Assembly (NCBI GenBank): GCA_013416795.1
Contig: RQSC01000024.1
Coordinates: 206,722 to 213,028, forward strand
Length of the DNA: 6,307 nt
Source: Prasinococcaceae sp. CCMP 1430
Taxonomy: Eukaryota; Plantae; Prasinodermophyta
Direction of reading: 5' to 3'
This document shows positions 1 to 5,767 of this stretch, one piece after another. Numbering within the stretch: the stretch's first letter is position 1; each line of letters starts with the position of its first letter. A program made the translations under genes and the position numbers. The notes beneath the pieces are model-generated. The model was not told where the DNA came from. It did not search any database and saw only the letters and a program-made list of their open reading frames with translations.

Positions 1-26
1 CCGGGGCGGGTGTGGCGCCCCTCTTC

Positions 27-65
27 CGCGCGCGCGCCCCCCCGCGCCGCCGCGCGCGCGCGCGC
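27..65. repeat. Alternating (CG)n tracts
   Basis: cgcgcgcgcgc at 27-37 and cgcgcgcgcgcgcgc at 51-65, upstream of the phosphatase gene. Confidence 0.85.
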
Positions 66-217
66 AAACGCCGCGTCCGCGTTCGAATTCGCGCGCGCAT
101 CAAAATCAACGCGCGCTCGGCCCGACCCAGGGACGGATACGTTCCAGCCTCCCCCCCCGCTGGCACCCCCCCGCATGCAAAGTGATAGGGCGGCGGATTC
201 CATTGACCTCGTTTTCA

Positions 218-341
218 ATGCATCTGGCTTTTTGCGCGGGGCGGCGCGCGTTCTCGCGCTGCGCGGCTCGCACCCTGAAAACGGGTTCGGTCGGAAGCCT
301 GAAAGTTCCGAGGGCGGCGCGGTGCGGCGCGCGGCGCGGGG
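218..341 (+). CDS. Candidate N-terminal transit-peptide segment of the histidine phosphatase (different frame from the catalytic exon)
   Basis: ATG at 218 gives MHLAFCAGRRAFSRCAARTLKTGSVGSLKVPRAARCGARRG, which is Arg/Ala/Ser-rich with no acidic residues. Removing one G from the G5 run at 338-342 joins it seamlessly to AQAREVRLLLVRH. Confidence 0.5.
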
Positions 342-740
342 GCGCAGGCGAGGGAGGTGCGCCTGCTGCTGGTGAGGCACGCGCACTCGGAGCCCGCGGG
401 GGCGACGCGCGACCACGACCGGCCAATCACGACCGAGGGCGCGCGCTCGGCCGCGTCGCTGGCCGGTGCGCTCGCGGGCGCGGGCTGGCTGCCGCCGGAC
501 CTGATCCTGTGCTCCGACTCGGAGCGCACGCGCCAGACGCTCGCTGCGATGCGCGTGGCCGAGCCCGCCCTCGATGGCGTGCGCACCGAGTTTCTGGGGT
601 CCTTCTACATCGTCTCCACGCTCGACGGGGAGACACGGCGGCACCTGGAGGACGCGATCACCGCAGCGGCGACAGATCCCGAGGCGGACGCGCAGCTGGG
701 GACGGTGTGGGTGATGGGGCACAATATGGGCTGGAGCGAG
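342..740 (+). CDS. Histidine phosphatase superfamily protein (SixA-like / plant At3g52155-like), catalytic exon; true start unresolved
   Basis: The frame reads (AQAREV)RLLLVRHAHS...DHDRPIT...PDLILCSDSERTRQT...GSFYIVSTLDGET...TVWVMGHNMGWSE. This has the RHx phospho-His motif (His codon 378-380), DHDRP, the SxxxRTxQT segment and the GHN motif of SixA-type phosphatases. The ORF-track 'M' at 357 is GTG, and there is an in-frame TGA at 300-302 with no in-frame ATG between it and 357. Confidence 0.9.
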
Positions 741-990
741 GTGCGTGCTCGGCGAGTGGCGAGCGCTCAGGGACGCAGCGCGGGTGCCCAGGGGCGCCGC
801 ACACGCGCCTGCGCAAACGCTCGCCCGCGCGCACGCCCTCGCGCCGCGAGCGCGGATCTCCACGCCGTTCGCACGAGCGCCGCGCCGTGCGCGCGAGCCC
901 ATGCGGAGGCACGCACAGTCCCGCCCCAGCGACGCGCCCAGCGTGCCATCGCTGACGTACGGCCCACCTGCGCGCCCCACGGAGCTCTAG
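741..990 (+). other. Spliceosomal GT-AG intron (250 nt, phase 0)
   Basis: Donor GAG|GTGCGT at 740/741, branch-point-like GCTGAC at 951-956, acceptor CTAG| at 990. Splicing gives GHNMGWSE|AASELAGTEIKL, matching my recollection of the family consensus GHNxGWEEAAS. Confidence 0.88.
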
Positions 991-1218
991 GCTGCATCTG
1001 AGCTGGCGGGCACGGAGATCAAACTGCTCGAGGCGAGTGCTGTGGGCCTCGTGCAGGAGGCAGGCAGCTGGGAGGAGGCGATGCGCGGCAGCAAGGGGCG
1101 CTGGCAGATCGACGCGCAGGTCACCGGTGACGGAGGCGGCAAGGCCGCGCGCGCAGGCGGAGAGGAGGAGGGCGATGGGGGGTTCTCCATGCCTCCCGGG
1201 GCGCAGCCCGCTGCGTGA
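991..1218 (+). CDS. Histidine phosphatase (SixA-like), last exon (not in the ORF track)
   Basis: 76 codons: AASELAGTEIKLLEASAVGLVQEAGSWEEAMRGSKGRWQIDAQVTGDGGGKAARAGGEEEGDGGFSMPPGAQPAA*, with TGA at 1216-1218. The AAS..G..I.L....SWEEA...W pattern resembles the C-terminal part of plant At3g52155-like proteins. Confidence 0.85.
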   Translation, partial: AASELAGTEIKLLEASAVGLVQEAGSWEEAMRGSKGRWQIDAQVTGDGGGKAARAGGEEEGDGGFSMPPGAQPAA

Positions 1219-1337
1219 GCAAGGCGCGCGCACAGTGGGCGCGGTGTACAGGAAAATTGTCTTGAGTACATGCTCCGTCCGGAGTTCCGCGCCGCGTGCT
1301 GCGCAGAGCGTCTTCGAAGGGCCGCTGGTGCCACTCC

Positions 1338-1386
1338 GCCCCCACCCCCACCCACACACTACCACCACCAGTACACACACCCACAC
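1338..1386 (-). repeat. GT-rich low-complexity tract in the PYROXD1 3' flank
   Basis: The plus strand reads ccgcccccacccccacccacacactaccaccaccagtacacacacccacac, directly after the PYROXD1 stop codon on the - strand. Confidence 0.7.
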
Positions 1387-1387
1387 G

Positions 1388-3103
1388 TCAGTCGAAGAAG
1401 TCCTCGAGGTCCACGCCGTCTGGGTGTGTCTCGGGCAGCATGATGGCCGGACCGTAGCGGCTGAGGTCAATGCTGTCCATGATCAGGTTCTCGTACGTCT
1501 CTGCCAGGTCCGTCTCGCCTATGAGCACCGCGCCCTGCATTTTCCCACGGACGAGAAGCACGCGCGCGAACTCCTCGCCCGGCGTGGAGCGCACGTACGT
1601 GACCACGTCCGCGGCGTCCACGTCCTCGAGCCCCTGCGCGTTGTACCTGCCCAGCAGGACTACGCGCAAGCCAAGAAACTCGGTAACGTGTGTGAAGAGG
1701 TCGAAGTTGAAGCCCAGCGCCATCTCGTCCGAGGCGCCGGCCATCACGCGGCCACAGTACGCGCCAAGCGCCTGCGCCTGCGACCACAGCCGCCACTGGA
1801 ACCAGTGACAGCCCTCCTCGCGCAGGCGCGCCCAGCGCGCGCAGCTGCACGCGTCGCCGGCGGCGTACACGCCATCCACGCTGGTGCGCATGAGGTCGTC
1901 AACCAGCAGACCGCCGTCCGCGTCCCGCTCGAAGCACTCGGGCAGCCACTGCGTGGCTGGCGCGACGCCCGTGGCGCATACGACGATGTCGACGCCGTAC
2001 GCCTCGCCGGTGGAGATCGTCGCCACGCAGCGCGAGCCGCTGCCGGGCGGCGCGTCGCGCAAATCGATCAGCTCGGCGCCGTAGGCGAGCTCGAAGCGCA
2101 CGCGAGCTCGTGTGGGCGCGGCGCCCCCGTCCGAGCCCTGTCCCTCCCCGCCGGGCAGCATGGTCGTCCACTTGGGCCCCACCGCATGGTGGAACTCGCC
2201 CGGCGCGTGTGCACGGGCTTCCGCGTCCTGGTCGGCGCCCTGCACTTCGCGCCCCGCCTCGCCGCCCCAGACTGCGCCAGGCGCGCCCGCTCGTCGCGCG
2301 CGCTTCCGAGAGCAAATGTCACCATCGGCACACACGTCGTCCATGTCCTCCTGGCCGCCGCTGGCGGCGCCAAGACATTGCGCCATGAACGCTGCGGCGT
2401 CGCGGTCGAAAAACGCGCCGCCGACGCCGCCGTCGGCGGCAGTGCGCACCGCCCATACGACACGCGCGACACCACCAGCGGACGCACCCACCTGCGACAG
2501 ATGTGCCGCAAGCTCCAACGCAATGCCACCGTTGCCGACCAGCAGGACGCTGAGGCCGCTGCCGTTGCCGCCGCCGTTGTTGCCACGCAACGCGCTGGCG
2601 AGTTCGCGCACGCTCGCCGCGTCTCGCACATAGTGCACGCATGCGTGGCGCGCATAGGCCGCTGTGGGCACGCGCGGCGCCGCGCCTGTCGCAACGCATA
2701 GCTTGCCGTACTCGATCACTCTCACGTCGTCGGCGCCGGTGCCGACGACAGTGATGGTGCCCGCAGCCGCGTCCACCGCAGTCGCAGCGCCCGCGACGAC
2801 GCACACGCCGTGCTTGGCGGCCCACTCGGCGACAGCGGCGTGTCGCGCGCCGACCTCGACCGCACGCGCCGTCACGCGCGCTCCTCGCTCAGCGACCGTC
2901 ACGCACTCGCCACCGGCGCACACGAGCGCGACACGCGGGCGACATGCTGGCGACGCGTTGCCGCCGTCTGCCTGTGGCTCGCCGCCTGCTTCCCGCAGGG
3001 CGCTGGCCGCCTCAGCCGCCGCCGACGTGCCACACACGCCGCCTCCAACGACGACAATGTCATACTTCTCCACGCATGCCATCGGCCCCTCCTCCCGTGC
3101 CAT
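1388..3103 (-). CDS. PYROXD1: Pyridine nucleotide-disulfide oxidoreductase domain-containing protein 1 (FAD/NAD(P)H flavoprotein), 571 aa, apparently intronless
   Basis: FAD-binding YDIVVVGGGVCG, KLCVATGAAP, second Rossmann motif LLVGNGGIALEL, AVGPKW, DIVVCATGVAP, VYAAGD, family-specific WFQWRLWSQAQALG, FDLFTHVTEFLGLRVVLLGRYNAQGL, GAVLIGETDLAETYENLI and acidic C-terminus DLEDFFD*. Start chosen at ATG 3103 (context gcgaagATGg). In-frame ATGs also exist at 3082, 3175, 3187 and 3262. Stop TGA at 1390-1388. Confidence 0.93.
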   Translation of the reverse strand: MAREEGPMACVEKYDIVVVGGGVCGTSAAAEAASALREAGGEPQADGGNASPACRPRVALVCAGGECVTVAERGARVTARAVEVGARHAAVAEWAAKHGVCVVAGAATAVDAAAGTITVVGTGADDVRVIEYGKLCVATGAAPRVPTAAYARHACVHYVRDAASVRELASALRGNNGGGNGSGLSVLLVGNGGIALELAAHLSQVGASAGGVARVVWAVRTAADGGVGGAFFDRDAAAFMAQCLGAASGGQEDMDDVCADGDICSRKRARRAGAPGAVWGGEAGREVQGADQDAEARAHAPGEFHHAVGPKWTTMLPGGEGQGSDGGAAPTRARVRFELAYGAELIDLRDAPPGSGSRCVATISTGEAYGVDIVVCATGVAPATQWLPECFERDADGGLLVDDLMRTSVDGVYAAGDACSCARWARLREEGCHWFQWRLWSQAQALGAYCGRVMAGASDEMALGFNFDLFTHVTEFLGLRVVLLGRYNAQGLEDVDAADVVTYVRSTPGEEFARVLLVRGKMQGAVLIGETDLAETYENLIMDSIDLSRYGPAIMLPETHPDGVDLEDFFD

Positions 3104-3169
3104 CTTCGCGGCGGGGGCCGCGGCACACCACGCGCAGCGGGCGCGGTGTGCCACCCGCGCCCGCGCAAG

Positions 3170-3188
3170 ATGCATGCATGCATGCATG
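3170..3188. repeat. (ATGC)n tetranucleotide microsatellite; 18-bp perfect palindrome containing RY/CATGCATG motifs
   Basis: atgcatgcatgcatgcatg; 3170-3187 is its own reverse complement. It lies in the spacer between the NSF-like stop and the PYROXD1 start. Confidence 0.9.
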
Positions 3189-3345
3189 GATGCGCGCGCC
3201 CCAGCGCGCCAGCGCAGGGATTGGTGCGCGCATCGGGGCCGGACTGCATATCTGTTGTACAAGCGTTAAGGGAGCATCGAGCGAGCACACCGTGCGCGAG
3301 GGGGCGCTCAGCCGCTCTATGGCACAAACAACGTGGGCGCCCGCC

Positions 3346-5466
3346 TCAGCGCGAGGGCACCGCAGCCGCCGCGGCCCCGGCGAGCCAGGGCGCGCTTGGC
3401 TCGCGCTCGGTTGGGCCCAGGCTGCCGAGCGTGGCCAGCACCTTGTGGAAGGTGGCCAGCGTGATGGCCTCGTCGGACTCGCGCATCTCATCGAGGCTGA
3501 GGCCGCAGCGGTGTGCGCAGTGGGCCAGCAGCTGCAGCAGGCGTTTGATGGGCACGGCACCGCCCAGTGCGGCGGCGGCCTCTCGCGCGTCGCTCGCGTT
3601 GAAGACGCGCATCTGGTGCATCACCTCGAGGATGTCCGCCGTGTCCAGCGGTGGCACGCTGAGCGTGACGTCGAACGCGTCCACCAGCCCCAAGCTGGCC
3701 ATCGCCTCACGCTGGGAGGTGGTGGCGATGACCACAACGCCCTTGCCGTCGCTAGCCGAGGGCGCCTCCAGCTTGGCGAGCAGTGCCTGCAGCGCCGCGT
3801 TGTTGTACGCGGGCCCCACCGGCGACCACTGCACGTGGCGTTCCAGGTCGTCCAGCACGATCACGCTTTTCTGCGAGCGCCCCGCGGTGTTGAAGAGCGC
3901 GGCGAGTGCGGTGGCGTGGCCGTCGCCGGAGCGGTCGGCATCTGCCGCGAGCGAGTCCGCCGTGGCCACCTGCACCAGCGGGAAGCTGCTGGCCGCGGCG
4001 AGCGTGGCGGCGAGCGCGCTCTTCCCAACGCCGCGCTCACCCTCCAGCAGCAGGCACGCGCGCGGCGAGCGGCCAGCGTCCACCTGCTTGATAAATGCCT
4101 CCGCCGCCGCCCGGAGCCTCTCGAAGGGGGCGCCGCGCGGCAACATTCCCAGCGGGCGCAGCGCCTCGAGCTGCGACGTCTGTGCGCCGTGGTGCGGCGT
4201 GACCTCCGCCAGCGCGCGGTCGAAGTCCGCCGCGCTCACGGCGATCTCGGCCTCGTCGGGCAGGCCCAGGCCAGCGCCGTGCACGCCGTGCGTCGCGGTG
4301 TCGCTCCTGTCGGGGTTGAGCATGCGGTCGAGCGCGAACGACGCCGCGGAGCGGCACACGCCCTCGAGCTCCGCCCCCGAGAAATTTTGCGTGCGCGCGG
4401 CCACCGCGCCCAGGTCCACGTCGTCGCCCAGGAAGTCCGACTCGCGCATGCCGCGCGTGTGGATGTCGAGGATCTGCGCGCGGCCGCGCTCGTCGGGCAG
4501 GCCGACCTCGATGTCCACCTCGAGGCGGCCCGGGCGCAGCAGCGCCGAGTCGAGCAGCTCGCGCCGGTTGGTGATGCCGATGATGAGCACGTTGTTCAGC
4601 GCCGACACGCCGTCGATCTTGGTGAGCAGCTGGTTGACGATGGTGTCCTGCATTGCGCTGGTGGACGAGTTGGAGGAGCCGCGCTGCCTGCAGATGGCGT
4701 CGATCTCGTCGAATATGATGACGTGGAGGTTTGAGTTCTCGCCGTAGCGCGCGTAGTCGCGCTCGGCATCGGCGAAGAGCTTGCGAATGCGCTGCTCACT
4801 CTCGCCCACGAACTTGTCCAGGATCTCCGGGCCGTTGATGATCTTGGGCTCCTTGTTCCCCCCGAGCATCGCGCCCAGCTTGCGCGCGATGAGCGTCTTG
4901 CCGGTGCCCGGCGGGCCGTGCAGGACGATGCCGCGCGCGTGCTTCAGCCCCAGCCGCCGCGCGACGTCCGGCGGCGCCGCGCGCGACGCGAACGCGCGCC
5001 GGAAGAGCACGCGGAACTGGTCGTCGAGCCCGCCGATGCCCAGCTCGGCGAGCTTGTCCACGCTGAGCAAGGGAGCGGTGGGCCGCCCCGACTCGGGCTC
5101 GGGCTCCGCCCACGCGGGGCTCTCATCCTTGTGCTTGTACGCGGGCCCCGCGCCCCTGGCCGCGGCGGGCTTCGGGGCCTTGCTGACGACGAACTTGGAC
5201 GGCCGCAGCTTCGGCCCGTCGTCGCCGCCCTTCTTGGCGGGCCTGGCCGCGGCGCCGGCCTCCTTGGCCTCCACCTCGACGCCGCCGACGACGAACTTCG
5301 GCCCGCCAATCTCGCCGGGCCCGGGCGCGCGCGGCGGGCCCTCCGCGGCGTACGCGCGCGACAGCAGATCCGACGCGACGCGCGCGAGCGCGCGAACAAA
5401 AAAGCGATACCAATCCGATCGGCCGGATTTGCGCGGGGGTGGGGCCCGGCTCTGCGGGCCGGCCAC
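3346..5466 (-). CDS. NSF: NSF/Sec18-like vesicle-fusing AAA+ ATPase paralog (D1+D2 only, no NSF N-domain); 5' end uncertain (frame open to 5640, candidate GTG at 5466)
   Basis: D1: LGIGGLD-FRRAFASR (from 5043), Walker A GPPGTGKT (4917-4894), NGPEILDKFVGESE, Walker B VIIFDEIDAIC, DTIVNQLLTKIDGV and SRH TNRRELLDSALLRPGRLEV. D2: LLLEGERGVGKS (4041-4018), VIVLDDLER and WSPVGPAYNNAALQALL, typical of the NSF D2 domain. Stop TGA at 3348-3346. No intron is needed between 5043 and the stop. Confidence 0.92.
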   Translation of the reverse strand: MAGPQSRAPPPRKSGRSDWYRFFVRALARVASDLLSRAYAAEGPPRAPGPGEIGGPKFVVGGVEVEAKEAGAAARPAKKGGDDGPKLRPSKFVVSKAPKPAAARGAGPAYKHKDESPAWAEPEPESGRPTAPLLSVDKLAELGIGGLDDQFRVLFRRAFASRAAPPDVARRLGLKHARGIVLHGPPGTGKTLIARKLGAMLGGNKEPKIINGPEILDKFVGESEQRIRKLFADAERDYARYGENSNLHVIIFDEIDAICRQRGSSNSSTSAMQDTIVNQLLTKIDGVSALNNVLIIGITNRRELLDSALLRPGRLEVDIEVGLPDERGRAQILDIHTRGMRESDFLGDDVDLGAVAARTQNFSGAELEGVCRSAASFALDRMLNPDRSDTATHGVHGAGLGLPDEAEIAVSAADFDRALAEVTPHHGAQTSQLEALRPLGMLPRGAPFERLRAAAEAFIKQVDAGRSPRACLLLEGERGVGKSALAATLAAASSFPLVQVATADSLAADADRSGDGHATALAALFNTAGRSQKSVIVLDDLERHVQWSPVGPAYNNAALQALLAKLEAPSASDGKGVVVIATTSQREAMASLGLVDAFDVTLSVPPLDTADILEVMHQMRVFNASDAREAAAALGGAVPIKRLLQLLAHCAHRCGLSLDEMRESDEAITLATFHKVLATLGSLGPTEREPSAPWLAGAAAAAVPSR

Positions 5467-5542
5467 GAGGGGCGAGGGGGCTTGTTCGGTTTGATTTGTT
5501 TGAGTGGTGCTTGGTGTTGCGAGCGGAAGGAGCGGGTGAGGT

Positions 5543-5574
5543 GGGGGAGGGGCGGGCGGGGGGCGGGGGGGGGG
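5543..5574 (+). repeat. G-tract cluster (G5-A-G4-C-G3-C-G6-C-G10), G-quadruplex motif; C-rich on the sense strand of the NSF-like gene
   Basis: Five G-runs of at least 3 separated by 1-nt loops, read directly from the sequence. Confidence 0.8.
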
Positions 5575-5767
5575 AGGAATGGGGACGCTGCGGTACACCT
5601 CGCTGTTCGCGTTCTGACGGACGTACGAAAACGAAAACACTCAAAGCACTTTAACGATTTTTCGTATGCAGCCGCCGCTGCCACGGGCGCTGCGCGTGCG
5701 CGTCTCTGCGCGTCGCGCACACGTAAAAGGGGTGCAACTGGCGCACTGCTGAGCTATCCGATTTCTT

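Noticed and set aside
82-94. TTCGAATTC / CGAATTCG palindrome as a heat-shock element
   Set aside because: The spacing does not fit nGAAnnTTCn repeats, and short palindromes are expected by chance.
322-347. 26-nt mini-intron GTGCGG...GCGCAG that would join ATG 175 to the phosphatase frame
   Set aside because: Its only adenosine is the acceptor A, so there is no branch point, and it is implausibly short.
741-990. Intron as an Introner-like mobile element or snoRNA host
   Set aside because: No terminal repeats, target-site duplication or paired C/D boxes are visible, and repetitiveness cannot be judged from one copy. A genome-wide BLAST of the intron would decide it.
741-1001. Continuation of ORF 357-1001 through to the stop at 1001
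   Set aside because: After GHNMGWSE the translation becomes Arg/Ala-rich nonsense. Splicing 741-990 restores the family C-terminus.
1037-2701. 554-aa - strand ORF overlapping PYROXD1 in another frame
   Set aside because: An alternate-frame product of GC-rich coding sequence with no motif; the PYROXD1 frame explains the region.
3104-3262. ATG 3262 as the PYROXD1 start (624 aa)
   Set aside because: It lies only about 84 nt after the NSF-like stop, within its likely 3' UTR. Homology begins at EKYDIVVVGGG, and ATG 3103 has the better context.
2810-4747. Long + strand ORFs (2810-4747, 2944-4734, 4781-5494, 4918-5886)
   Set aside because: They are antisense shadows of the NSF-like and PYROXD1 CDSs. 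High GC and codon bias deplete stops, and the translations show no recognisable domain.
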